A stretch of DNA of 64,000 nt from Bacteroidaceae bacterium (GTDB lineage Bacteria > Bacillota > Clostridia > Oscillospirales > Oscillospiraceae). Both the position numbers and the translations under genes were made by a program. The notes under the pieces were generated by a model. That model had not been told where the DNA came from. It did no database searches and saw only the letters and a program-made list of their open reading frames with translations. Shown here piece after piece: positions 7,189 to 15,753 of this stretch (positions are counted from its first letter, which is position 1; every line of letters begins with the position of its first letter). Where the stretch lies: the NCBI GenBank assembly GCA_963627135.1, contig CAVFZY010000015.1, positions 7,382 to 71,381 of the forward strand, in the 5' to 3' direction.

Positions 7189-9888
7189 ATGAGCAAACAG
7201 ACCTTTCGCCTGCCGACATGGCGGCGCAAGCCGAAGGCAGATGAGACCGCGCCGGACATCGCCGACAGCGGGCTGGTGCCCGCGGAGAGCGCCGCGCGGC
7301 CGACGCGGCGCAAGCACGGCAAGCGCACCTATGTCATCGGCGGCGCGCTGCTGGCACTGGCGATCGTGGCGGCGATCATCCTGCCCGGCATGGCCGGCAG
7401 CGGCGACGATGACGGTGCCGGCGGCGCGAGCACGACGCTCTCCCGCCCGGACGGCGACCCCTCCGGCCAGAGCGCGGAGGACAACATCTACATCACGACC
7501 GGCGTCATGGATCAGGAGACCTACCGCTCCGAGACGACCGGCGAGACGAAGGCGAAGGTCGGCTTCATCGACTACAATCAGGCCGTGCACAACGTGCGCG
7601 TCGTGACAAGCGACAGCGTCTTCACCGAGGCCATCAGCACGAGCATGTTCGTCAAGCTCGGCGAGCAGAAGTACTTCAAGGACGGGGCCATCCTCGTGCG
7701 CAAGGCCAGCTCCATCAGCGGCGACACCGCCACCTGGAGCGACCAGATCGTGGCCATCTCGCAGCAGGACTATCAGGACGCCTACGGGCAGGACCCGCGC
7801 AACCTCAGCAACTACGTCATCAGCCGCGATACGGTGCAGAATCCGTCCATGACCGCGAACGACGACGGCACCTACACCCTCACCTTTGACCTCGAGCCCG
7901 TGGGCGCGAGCGCGTACTACCGCCATCAGGTGCGCACGTACAGCGGCGCGTCGAAAAACCCCGAATTCACGGCTGTGCACATGGTCTGGACGATCGATTC
8001 GAACTGGGACCTCCTGCAGATGGACACTGTGGAGAGCTACGCCGTGTCCATGTCCGGCCTCGGCAGCCTCAACTGCACGAGCACGCTCACCGAGGTGTTC
8101 TCGGACTTCGGCGCCGTGACCGATGACCAGACGGAGTTCCAGCACTACCTCGAAACCGAATATGACCCGAACAACCTCGGCAAGCTCTCCGACGGTGGGC
8201 AGGACACGCAGGCCATGGTGCGCGACTTCTTTCGCCGCACGCCGAACTACAACATCACGGTCACCGCCAACGGCCAGTCCTACGGCCTGACGGCGCACGT
8301 GGACATTGACCAGACAGCCTTCCAGGTGCGCGGCAATGTCGCGGGCATCGACCTCTTCGCGGCTTACAGCAACGAGCGTGTGTACATCGCCTTCGGCAGC
8401 CAGAAGATCGCCCTGCGCGCGACCGACACGATCGATGCGGCGCGCACGGTCGCGGGCTACCTCGGCGTGCAGATCCCGAACATCTCGCTCGACGCGGCCG
8501 ACATGACCGCGCTGACGAAAAACGTCGTTATGCAGGAGACCGACACCGGCATGACCATCCGGCTCGACGACCCGATGATCTCAGGCAGCGTCCTGCTCAC
8601 GGACCCGGACGCCCTGCGCCTGACGCGCGCGGACGTGGCGCTCAACTTCGGCGGCGCGCGCATGCACGTCACCGCCACGCCGTACTACGGCGGCTTCCAA
8701 GTGCAGTCCCTCGAGGGTTACACCGACCTGACCGGTGCGCTGAGCCTCGTGAGCCCCCTCATGGACGCGGCCACGGCCAAGACCGCGACCTTCAACGTTG
8801 CGCTCAGCGGCCCGCTGAACCTCTCGGGCACAGCCACCGTGACCAAAACCTCCGGCGGCTATGATGCCGCGCTCACCACCACGGTCGACGGCGTGACCGT
8901 CACGGCCGAGTACATCGGCAGTACGGTGTACGTCTCAGCTGGGAACATCCACGTCAGCGGCACAGGCAGCGAAATTAAAGACCTGGTCGCCTGGGCGGGC
9001 GAGCTCGCCGGGGCAAACGACGCCGCGGCCGCCGGCAATGCCTACGCGCAGTTTTTCCGTGAGCTTACGCCGCAGTCCGCCGTGGACAGCATCCAGGATC
9101 TCGCGTGGGCGAATAACGCGCTGCACGCGCAGCTGAACATCGCGGGCACACCCGTCTCCGCCGCCCTCTCGGCCGACAGCGTGACCGTCACGGCCGCGGG
9201 CTGGACGGTGCGCGTGACCATCACCGGCACGTCCGGCTCTGCCACGGCACTGAGCCCCACGAGCGGCAATTATGTCACCCTCTCGCAGCTGCAGCCCTTC
9301 GCCCCGGTGCTCGAGCGCTATGTCGACGCGCAGGCCATGGGTATGGACGCGACCGTGAGCGTCAACGGCTACAGTCTCGATACCGATGTCGTGCTCTCGC
9401 TCGGCAAGCCCGTCGCGGCGCGCGCCGTGTCGCAGATCCTCGGCCGCGACCTGACCGTCACGTTCTGGAACGACCGCGTCTATATCGACTTCGGCTGGCA
9501 CCATGTCGAGGCGTCCATAGCCTCGCTCGAGCAGGCGCTCTACGCCGTGCTCACCATCACGCCGGGCATCGACCGCCAGACCGTACAGAACGCCATCGAG
9601 GCCTACACCTACTTCTTCGAGCATCTGTCGTTTGCGAGCGTCGTCGGCGCGATTTCCGAGTTTGGCTATGCCGACGGGGCGCTGAACATCACGGCGAACA
9701 TCGCGGCGTCCCCGCTCCATATCTCGCTCACGCCGAGCCAGATCACGCTGCGCACGCAGGTCGATTCGGCCAGCCTCGCCGTCACGGCCGTGCCGGGCAG
9801 CGCCTACGCCGCCGCGCCGGACCTCACGCCACAGGGCGGCAGTTATTATGATCTGGACGATTTCCTCGACCTGCTCCCGAGCTGGTGA
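7189..9888 (+). CDS. Large membrane-anchored protein of unknown function (899 aa)
   Basis: AGGGAGA RBS before the ATG at 7189. Basic N-terminus, one TM helix (YVIGGALLALAIVAAIILPGMAG), then about 800 aa of Thr/Ser/Ala/Gly-rich extracytoplasmic sequence. I recognise no motif in it. High third-position GC is consistent with coding. Confidence 0.75.
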   Translation: MSKQTFRLPTWRRKPKADETAPDIADSGLVPAESAARPTRRKHGKRTYVIGGALLALAIVAAIILPGMAGSGDDDGAGGASTTLSRPDGDPSGQSAEDNIYITTGVMDQETYRSETTGETKAKVGFIDYNQAVHNVRVVTSDSVFTEAISTSMFVKLGEQKYFKDGAILVRKASSISGDTATWSDQIVAISQQDYQDAYGQDPRNLSNYVISRDTVQNPSMTANDDGTYTLTFDLEPVGASAYYRHQVRTYSGASKNPEFTAVHMVWTIDSNWDLLQMDTVESYAVSMSGLGSLNCTSTLTEVFSDFGAVTDDQTEFQHYLETEYDPNNLGKLSDGGQDTQAMVRDFFRRTPNYNITVTANGQSYGLTAHVDIDQTAFQVRGNVAGIDLFAAYSNERVYIAFGSQKIALRATDTIDAARTVAGYLGVQIPNISLDAADMTALTKNVVMQETDTGMTIRLDDPMISGSVLLTDPDALRLTRADVALNFGGARMHVTATPYYGGFQVQSLEGYTDLTGALSLVSPLMDAATAKTATFNVALSGPLNLSGTATVTKTSGGYDAALTTTVDGVTVTAEYIGSTVYVSAGNIHVSGTGSEIKDLVAWAGELAGANDAAAAGNAYAQFFRELTPQSAVDSIQDLAWANNALHAQLNIAGTPVSAALSADSVTVTAAGWTVRVTITGTSGSATALSPTSGNYVTLSQLQPFAPVLERYVDAQAMGMDATVSVNGYSLDTDVVLSLGKPVAARAVSQILGRDLTVTFWNDRVYIDFGWHHVEASIASLEQALYAVLTITPGIDRQTVQNAIEAYTYFFEHLSFASVVGAISEFGYADGALNITANIAASPLHISLTPSQITLRTQVDSASLAVTAVPGSAYAAAPDLTPQGGSYYDLDDFLDLLPSW

Positions 9889-9925
9889 GCAGGCGCATCC
9901 CACAAAGTTACCCACCAATCGCATA

Positions 9926-9958
9926 GCAAGCCCCCGGACATTCCGTCCGGGGGCTTGC
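9926..9958. terminator. 14-bp GC-rich hairpin between convergent genes
   Basis: GCAAGCCCCCGGAC-ATTCC-GTCCGGGGGCTTGC. Weak U-tracts on both sides. Confidence 0.55.
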
Positions 9959-9985
9959 TGCATCCTTCTGTTTCCCTGTGCGCAT

Positions 9986-10771
9986 TCAGTGCACACTCGC
10001 CTGCTTTTGCCGCAGGCTCAGGCAGTCGGCGATCATGGCGATGAACTCAGAATTCGTCGGCTTGCCCTTAATGTTCGAGACTGTGTAGCCGAAAAACTTC
10101 TGCAGCGTCTCGATGTCGCCACGATCCCACGCGACCTCGATCGCGTGCCGGATGGCGCGCTCGACGCGCGAGGGCGTCGTGTTGAACTTGCGCGCGACCT
10201 CGGGATAGAGCACCTTGGTCACAGAGTTGATGATGTCCATGTCGTCGATGGTCAGCAAAATGGCCTCGCGCAGGTACTGGTAGCCCTTGATGTGCGCGGG
10301 CACGCCGATCTCGTGGATGACGTCGGTGACGACGCTCTCGAGCGAGGGCTCCGGCTCCGCCGCGGCCAGCTGTGTGCCCGTGCCGCCGGTACGCTGGCGC
10401 GGCCGGGCCGTCTGGCGGATGCGCTGCACGAGCAGCGGCGGGTCAAACGGCTTTTGCATAAAGTACGTCGTGCCGAGCTCTGCACATTCCATCAGCACCT
10501 GATCGTTACAGATCGCGGAGGTGACGATCACGCGGGACGATGCATTTTTCGCCCGCAGATGCGTCAGCAGGGACAGGCCGTCCAGATTCGGCAGCACGAG
10601 GTCGAGCACTACGACATCGGGCTGGAATTTGGTGATGAGTTCTTCCGCGCGCAGCCCATTGTCCGTCTGGGCGACCAGTTCTATATCCGTCTCCTGGCCG
10701 ATAGCCTTAGAATAGGCCGCGCGGTACTGTTCGCCGGGATCAGCCAGCAGAACACTGATTTTCGTTTCCAT
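9986..10771 (-). CDS. spo0A: Sporulation master regulator Spo0A
   Basis: Receiver domain ([21 protein letters not shown]) plus the Spo0A-specific C-terminal domain ([50 protein letters not shown]). Confidence 0.97.
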   Translation of the reverse strand: METKISVLLADPGEQYRAAYSKAIGQETDIELVAQTDNGLRAEELITKFQPDVVVLDLVLPNLDGLSLLTHLRAKNASSRVIVTSAICNDQVLMECAELGTTYFMQKPFDPPLLVQRIRQTARPRQRTGGTGTQLAAAEPEPSLESVVTDVIHEIGVPAHIKGYQYLREAILLTIDDMDIINSVTKVLYPEVARKFNTTPSRVERAIRHAIEVAWDRGDIETLQKFFGYTVSNIKGKPTNSEFIAMIADCLSLRQKQASVH

Positions 10772-10848
10772 AACATTCTCCTCCGCAAAAATTCAGGCTT
10801 GCGGTCAGCTCTCTGCCGAATCGCTCGTTTCCCCTGTCTTGCGAGGAT

Positions 10849-10877
10849 ATTTTACCATATCTGGAATGCGAGAACAA
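10849..10877 (-). promoter_or_regulatory. Candidate sigma-A promoter of spo0A, TTGTTC-17-TAAAAT
   Basis: -35 at 10877-10872, -10 at 10854-10849. TGG immediately upstream of the -10. Confidence 0.45.
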
Positions 10878-10886
10878 TGTGATTTT

Positions 10887-11001
10887 TGGCGAATTACTCT
10901 AGTTTTCCGTTGACATAATCTGATAGTATCCGTCGAAAGATACAATTTTTCGAAGTATATCGGGAAACCTCGTCCGTGTTCGACAGACAGAATGTGTCGA
11001 A
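10887..11001. promoter_or_regulatory. Cluster of four 0A-box-like heptamers (TGNCGAA) upstream of spo0A
   Basis: TGGCGAA at 10887-10893. CGTCGAA at 10931-10937 (6/7 match). TTCGACA at 10979-10985 (reverse orientation). TGTCGAA at 10995-11001. Confidence 0.45.
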
Positions 11002-11146
11002 TGCGCCTGCATGTTATGTAAACCAATATTCCGACATGCGTCTTGTCACCGCGACAGCGCCCGACCCGGTGTGCACGGCGCGGCACGAAAACCGCCGCTT
11101 CGGCCGGCGCACGACCGGTGGCTCCGCCTGCATGCACAAAAATGGA

Positions 11147-11209
11147 AGGGGCTGCTGTCCTTTCCGTTTTCATACTGTATTTTGTATCTGTGCCCGCGCA
11201 AGAAAAAAA
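11147..11209 (-). repeat. 64-nt terminator-associated element, copy 2 (inverted relative to copy 1)
   Basis: Minus strand: GCGCGGGCACAGATACAAAATACAGTATGAAAACGGAAAGGACAGCAGCCCCTTCCATTTTTG. Confidence 0.9.
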
Positions 11210-11212
11210 CGT

Positions 11213-11249
11213 GCATGGAAGGGTAGCTTCCATGCACGTTTTGGGTCAT
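11213..11249 (-). terminator. Intrinsic terminator of the hydrogenase operon
   Basis: Minus strand: ACGTGCATGGAAG-CTACC-CTTCCATGCACGT followed by T7. Confidence 0.8.
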
Positions 11250-11266
11250 GCGGGGGTTCCGGCGGC

Positions 11267-12961
11267 TCAGCTGTGCTGGCCGTGGGCCGGGTAGTGGATG
11301 TGCAGCAGCTCGTGGGCGCGGCCCTGGAGCAGATTGTCGTAGACATAGCCCAGGTCGGGGTTCTGCTGCGGGATGCGCAGGGCGCAGGCGGTGTCTGCCT
11401 TGAAAATGGCCTCGGCGCGCTCGGCCTTGCGCTTGTTGCAGGCGGGGGGCTGGCCGCCGCCACCGATGCAGCCGTTCGGGCAGGCCATGACCTCAATGAA
11501 GTCAAACTGCTCCTCGCCGGACTCGACCTTGGCGATGAGCTGATCGGCGTTGGCCAGACCATTGGCCACCGCGATGCGGATGGTCAGATCGCCGGCCGTG
11601 ACGGTGAAGGCCTTGATGCCCTCGAGCCCGCGCACGCCGCACGCGGCGATGGTCTGCAGGGTATTCGGGCTGGCGTCGTCGAGCACGCGGCGGATGACGG
11701 CCTCGGTCACGCCGCCGGTCACGCCGAAGATGACGCCGGCGCCGGTGTAGTCGCCGAGCGGGGCGTCCGGCTCTTCATCCGGGAGGTGGGCAAAGTCGAT
11801 GCCGGCCTCCTCGATCATGTCGCACAGCTCACTCGTCGTGATGACGAGGTCGATGAGCCGCTCGCCGTCCTTCTCGAGCTCGGGGCGCGCAGCCTCGAAC
11901 TTCTTGCCGGTGCAGGGCATGATGGCCACGGAGTAGACGTTCTCGCCCGCGAACTGCTTGCGGATGAGCGAGCCAAACATCGCCATCGGGCTGCCGCAGG
12001 TGCTCACCTGGGGCATGAGGTGCGGGTAGCGGTGCTCCACGTGCTGGATCCAGCCGGGGCAGCAGGAGGTGAACATCGGCAGCTTCGCGCCGGTCTTGAC
12101 CTTCTCGAGAAACTCCGCCGACTCCTCCATGATCGTGAGGTCGGCCGTGAGGTTCGTGTCGTACACCACGTCGGCGCCGAGGCGGCGCAGCGCGGCGACG
12201 AGCTTGCCGGTGCAGGGCTCATTGGCGGGCATGCCGAAGCGCTCGGCCATGCCGGCGCGCACGCTCGGCGCGTACTGCACGACGACCTTGCGGCTGCGGT
12301 CCTGCAGCATGGACCAGAATTTCTCGGTCTCGTTGCGGATCGTGATCGCGCCCGTCGGGCACACGGACGCGCACTGGCCGCAGCCGACGCAGTCGGTGTC
12401 CTTGAGCGTCTTGCCGAAATCGGCAGAGATGTGCGCCTTCTTGCCGCGGCCGCTGAAATCGACCGCGCCGATGTTCTGGATCTCGGCGCAGGTGCGCACG
12501 CACAATCCGCAGAGGATGCACTTGCTCGGGTCGCGCACGATGCTCGGCGAGGAGAGATCCATCGGCTCGGTGCAGTAGGTATTGGGCTCGAAGCGGTGCG
12601 CGTCCACATGGTAGCGGCGGGCGTACTCCTGCAGCTTGCAGCGGCCGCTCTGGTCGCAGGTCAGGCAGTCGGCCCTGTGGCTGCTCATGAGCAGCTGCAG
12701 CGTTGTGCGGCGGCTGTCGAGCACCTGTTTCGTGTGGGTGTTGACGACCATACCGTCGCGCGGCTGCATGGAGCAGGCCGCGTCCATCTTGCCGCGGTCG
12801 TTCTCGACGAGGCACAGGCGGCAGCCGCCGTAGATGGACAGGTTTTCACAGTAACAAAGCGAGGGGATGTCGATGCCGTTGTTGCGGGCGACCTCCAGCA
12901 CGTTGCGCTCGGTCGTGAACGGGCAGGACACGCCGTCGATGATCATTTTCTTTTCAGCCAT
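11267..12961 (-). CDS. hydA: [FeFe] hydrogenase catalytic subunit (group A, HydA of a HydABC-type complex)
   Basis: N-terminal 2Fe-2S and 4Fe-4S cysteine clusters. H-cluster motifs FTSCCPGW, MPCTGKKFE and EVMACPNGCIGGGGQP. Confidence 0.95.
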   Translation of the reverse strand: MAEKKMIIDGVSCPFTTERNVLEVARNNGIDIPSLCYCENLSIYGGCRLCLVENDRGKMDAACSMQPRDGMVVNTHTKQVLDSRRTTLQLLMSSHRADCLTCDQSGRCKLQEYARRYHVDAHRFEPNTYCTEPMDLSSPSIVRDPSKCILCGLCVRTCAEIQNIGAVDFSGRGKKAHISADFGKTLKDTDCVGCGQCASVCPTGAITIRNETEKFWSMLQDRSRKVVVQYAPSVRAGMAERFGMPANEPCTGKLVAALRRLGADVVYDTNLTADLTIMEESAEFLEKVKTGAKLPMFTSCCPGWIQHVEHRYPHLMPQVSTCGSPMAMFGSLIRKQFAGENVYSVAIMPCTGKKFEAARPELEKDGERLIDLVITTSELCDMIEEAGIDFAHLPDEEPDAPLGDYTGAGVIFGVTGGVTEAVIRRVLDDASPNTLQTIAACGVRGLEGIKAFTVTAGDLTIRIAVANGLANADQLIAKVESGEEQFDFIEVMACPNGCIGGGGQPPACNKRKAERAEAIFKADTACALRIPQQNPDLGYVYDNLLQGRAHELLHIHYPAHGQHS

Positions 12962-12964
12962 GGT

Positions 12965-14848
12965 TCACGCCTCCTTGATCGCACCGAACGGGCAGCCGGC
13001 CTTGCAGGCGCCGCACTTGATGCATTTTGTCGAATCGATGTGGTGCGGCTTTTTCAGCTCGCCGGTGATGGCGCCGGCCGGGCAGTTGCGCGCGCACTTT
13101 GTGCAGCCCTTGCAGATGGCCGGGTCGATGACGAAACTCGTCAGGCTGCGGCAGCTGCCGGTGCGGCACTTCTTATCGAAGATGTGCTCGCGGTATTCGT
13201 CCTCGAAGTTCGCGAGCGTGGACAGTACGGGGTTCGGCGCCGTCTTGCCGAGCCCGCACAGGGAGGAGTTCTGGATCATCTTGGCGAGGGAGCGCAGCTC
13301 CTCAATGTCGCCGGGTTTCCCGTTGCCCTTTGTGATCCTGGTGAGAATGTCGAGCATACGGGTCGTGCCCTCGCGGCACGGGGTGCACTTGCCGCACGAC
13401 TCGTTGCAGATGAAGTTCATGAAAAACTGCGCGATGGACACCATGCACGTGTCCTCGTCCATGACGACAAGGCCGCCGGAGCCGATGATGGCGCCGGCCT
13501 TTTTCAGCGAGTCAAAGTCCATGGGCAGGTCCATGTGCGCCTCCGTCAGGCAGCCGCCGGACGGGCCGCCAATCTGCACAGCCTTGAACGCTTTGCCGTT
13601 TTTGATGCCGCCACCGATGTCATACACGACCTCGCGCATCGTTGTGCCCATGGGCACCTCGATCAGGCCGGTGTTGACGACGTTGCCGGTCAGGGCGAAG
13701 GCCTTCGTGCCGGAACTGCCCTCGGTGCCGACGGACTTGAACCAGTCTGCGCCCTTTTTGATGATGTCGGGGACGTTGGCGAACGTCTCGACGTTGTTCA
13801 GGCAGGTGGGCTTGCCGTACAGGCCCTTGTCGACGGAGCGCGGGGGCTTCGTGCGCGGCATGCCGCGGTTGCCCTCGATGGACGCGGTCATGGCCGAGCC
13901 CTCGCCGCAGACGAACGCGCCTGCGCCGCAGTTGATGTGCATGTGGAAGTTGAAGCCGCTGCCGAGGATGTCGTCACCCAGCAGGCCCATTTCCTTGGCC
14001 TGCTCGATGGCGACGGTCAGCCGGTGCACGGCCATGGGGTACTCGGCGCGGACATAGATGTAGCCCTCGGTGGAGCCGGTGGCCACGCCCGCGACGATCA
14101 TGCCCTCAATGACCTTGTGCGGATCGCCCTCCATGCAGGAGCGGTCCATGAAGGCGCCGGGGTCGCCCTCATCGCCGTTGCAGACGATGTACTTGACGGG
14201 TTCTTCCGTATGTGCTGCGACCTGGGCCCACTTCTTCCCGGTCGGGAAGCCGGCGCCGCCGCGGCCGCGCAGACCGGAATCGCTCACGGCCTGGACGATC
14301 TCGTCCGGCTGCATCTCGAACAGGGCCTTGGCCAGCGCGCCGTAGCCGCCGATGGACAGGTACTCCTCGATGGATTCCGCGTCGATATGGCCGCAGTGCT
14401 CGAGCACGCGGCGGGTCTGCTTTTTGTAAAACGGGATATCCTCCTGGCGCTCATACAGTTCGCCGTTCTGCTTGTAGCCCAGGCGCTCGATGAACTGTCC
14501 GCCGAGGATGGTCTTCTGGATGATCTCCTCCACGTCGCTGACCTGACACTTCGTGTACAGCCAGCCCTCCGGCTCAATGCGGACCAGCGGGCCCATCTCG
14601 CAAAAGCCGTGGCAGCCGGATTTCTTCAGGCCGATGGAGTCGGCATGGTGCTCAGTCAGGGACACCTCGCACGGGATGCCGAGTTCGACCATGCGCTTTT
14701 TGAGTTCATGATAGACGTTGAGGTTACCGCCGGCGACACAGCCCGTGCCGCAGCAGACGAGGATTTTGCGTTTTTCTGCGTTGCGAGCGGCCATGTAATC
14801 GGCCTGCAGAGCGCGGAACTGCTCCAGGGATTCGATTCTCTGACGCAT
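12965..14848 (-). CDS. hydB: NuoF-like flavoprotein subunit of the bifurcating hydrogenase (HydB/HndC type)
   Basis: NADH/FMN-binding core (GRGGAGFPTGKKW), an SLBB-like region, a 4Fe-4S motif (CGKCTPCREG) and a C-terminal 2x[4Fe-4S] ferredoxin (CKGCTKCARNCP..CIKCGACKAGCP). Confidence 0.93.
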   Translation of the reverse strand: MRQRIESLEQFRALQADYMAARNAEKRKILVCCGTGCVAGGNLNVYHELKKRMVELGIPCEVSLTEHHADSIGLKKSGCHGFCEMGPLVRIEPEGWLYTKCQVSDVEEIIQKTILGGQFIERLGYKQNGELYERQEDIPFYKKQTRRVLEHCGHIDAESIEEYLSIGGYGALAKALFEMQPDEIVQAVSDSGLRGRGGAGFPTGKKWAQVAAHTEEPVKYIVCNGDEGDPGAFMDRSCMEGDPHKVIEGMIVAGVATGSTEGYIYVRAEYPMAVHRLTVAIEQAKEMGLLGDDILGSGFNFHMHINCGAGAFVCGEGSAMTASIEGNRGMPRTKPPRSVDKGLYGKPTCLNNVETFANVPDIIKKGADWFKSVGTEGSSGTKAFALTGNVVNTGLIEVPMGTTMREVVYDIGGGIKNGKAFKAVQIGGPSGGCLTEAHMDLPMDFDSLKKAGAIIGSGGLVVMDEDTCMVSIAQFFMNFICNESCGKCTPCREGTTRMLDILTRITKGNGKPGDIEELRSLAKMIQNSSLCGLGKTAPNPVLSTLANFEDEYREHIFDKKCRTGSCRSLTSFVIDPAICKGCTKCARNCPAGAITGELKKPHHIDSTKCIKCGACKAGCPFGAIKEA

Positions 14849-15336
14849 TACGCTCCCTCCTTTTCACGCAGCTCCTCAATGAGATCTACGGCCTTGTCGG
14901 GGGTCATGGCCGGGTGCACCGTGTCGTTGACCATGACGACCGGGCTCAGACCGCACGCGCCGAGGCACGACACGATCTCGATGGTGAACAGGCCGTCGTC
15001 CGAGGTCGGCTTGCTCTCGCTCAGGCCGGTCGCGTCGTAGAGTGCCTGCAGCACGTTGCCGGATTTGCGCACGTGGCACGCCGTGCCGCGGCAGACCTTG
15101 AGCACATACTTGCCCTTGACGTCGAGCGAGAAGTTCTCATAGAACGTCGCCACGCCGTAGATCTTCGATTCGCTGATGCCCACCTTGTCTGCGATGTAGC
15201 GCAGCGCGCCCTTTGGCAGATAACGGTACTTTCCCTGCACATCCTGCATGATCGCAATGATCTGCGAGGCGTCGCAGGCGTGATCTGCGAGGACCTGGTC
15301 AATGAATTTGTAATCGATCTGTTCCATTTTTTTCAT
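14848..15336 (-). CDS. hydC: NuoE-like thioredoxin-fold 2Fe-2S subunit (HydC/HndA type)
   Basis: Pattern VCRGTACHVRKS..VSCLGACGLSPV. Overlaps the hydB start, indicating an operon. Confidence 0.9.
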   Translation of the reverse strand: MKKMEQIDYKFIDQVLADHACDASQIIAIMQDVQGKYRYLPKGALRYIADKVGISESKIYGVATFYENFSLDVKGKYVLKVCRGTACHVRKSGNVLQALYDATGLSESKPTSDDGLFTIEIVSCLGACGLSPVVMVNDTVHPAMTPDKAVDLIEELREKEGA

Positions 15337-15401
15337 TCCCTTTTCGACAAATTTGCACCTGCCGGCTCCTATACCGACCGGATGCAGGATTCCCTGCTCC
15401 C

Positions 15402-15430
15402 ATCATACAGTATTTATGAAAAGTTTTCAA
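15402..15430 (-). promoter_or_regulatory. Promoter of hydCBA, TTGAAA-17-TATGAT
   Basis: -35 at 15430-15425, -10 at 15407-15402 (minus strand). Confidence 0.55.
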
Positions 15431-15533
15431 TGCCCAGACTCGTAATTTTAATAACGACAAACTGCGAGATTCTTTAACAAATATTCACAATTTCGAGTTA
15501 CTGTCCGTCTTTTGGAAATTTTGGCGCAAACGC

Positions 15534-15562
15534 TTGACACGGCTGCATTTCCATGGCATAAT
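15534..15562 (+). promoter_or_regulatory. Promoter of the ABC operon leader, TTGACA-17-CATAAT (TGG upstream of the -10)
   Basis: -35 at 15534-15539, -10 at 15557-15562. Confidence 0.6.
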
Positions 15563-15753
15563 TGCAATAAACTATGCGCCCGGACCGCAAGCTGTGCTTC
15601 CGGCCTGGCCGCCGCCGATCCCGCACCGAATCTGACACCGAATCGCCCATGAGGTGGAAGGCTGCGTGCGTGCACAGAGCACCGCCATGCCTTTCGGGCA
15701 TGGTATTTTTTGTCTTTCGCGCGGGCGGCAAACATGAAAAGGAGAGATCTGCA
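15563..15753 (+). promoter_or_regulatory. About 190-nt 5' leader with an internal intrinsic terminator; unclassified attenuator or riboswitch candidate
   Basis: GC-rich leader with the 9-nt direct repeat CACCGAATC at 15624-15632 and 15636-15644. Terminator at 15685-15711, 40 nt before the RBS. Confidence 0.45.
15685..15711 (+). terminator. Leader terminator, CCATGCC-TTTCG-GGCATGG followed by TATTTTTT
   Basis: 7-bp stem followed by a T-run, located upstream of the coding region. Confidence 0.6.

Noticed and set aside
4706-11209. Composite transposon or genomic island bounded by the inverted 64-nt repeats
   Set aside because: There is no transposase, integrase or recombinase inside. The content includes the core gene spo0A. 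GC content and codon bias match the surroundings. Each repeat is positioned as a gene-end element.
11172-11213. Promoter (TTGCGC-16-TACAGT) inside the 64-nt repeat driving a mini-RNA
   Set aside because: The -10 is poor, and the product would be only a hairpin of about 35 nt. The equivalent -35 in copy 1 has different spacing. It is mentioned in a finding but not annotated as a feature.
10976-15040. 1354-aa ORF on the plus strand spanning the whole hydrogenase operon
   Set aside because: It is antisense to three genes with textbook hydrogenase, NuoF and NuoE motifs. Its translation is Ala/Gly/Arg/Leu/Val low-complexity with no motifs. Long open antisense frames are expected when the sense strand has very high third-position GC.
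15473-15490. Rex operator upstream of hydCBA (and TTGTGCAA motifs at 46622-46629 and 46681-46688 upstream of nfnAB)
   Set aside because: Only one half-site (TTCACAA / TTGTGxA) is good in each case, and the partner half-site fails. The hyd site lies about 45 nt upstream of the -35 rather than over the promoter.
15563-15700. TPP (THI-box) or guanidine-I riboswitch upstream of the THI5/NMT1-like binding protein
   Set aside because: The diagnostic conserved blocks (CUGAGA and ACCUGAUCUGGAUAAUGCCAGCG for TPP; GGUCCGAGAG and ACGGCGGG for ykkC) are not present. The region is kept only as an unclassified leader.
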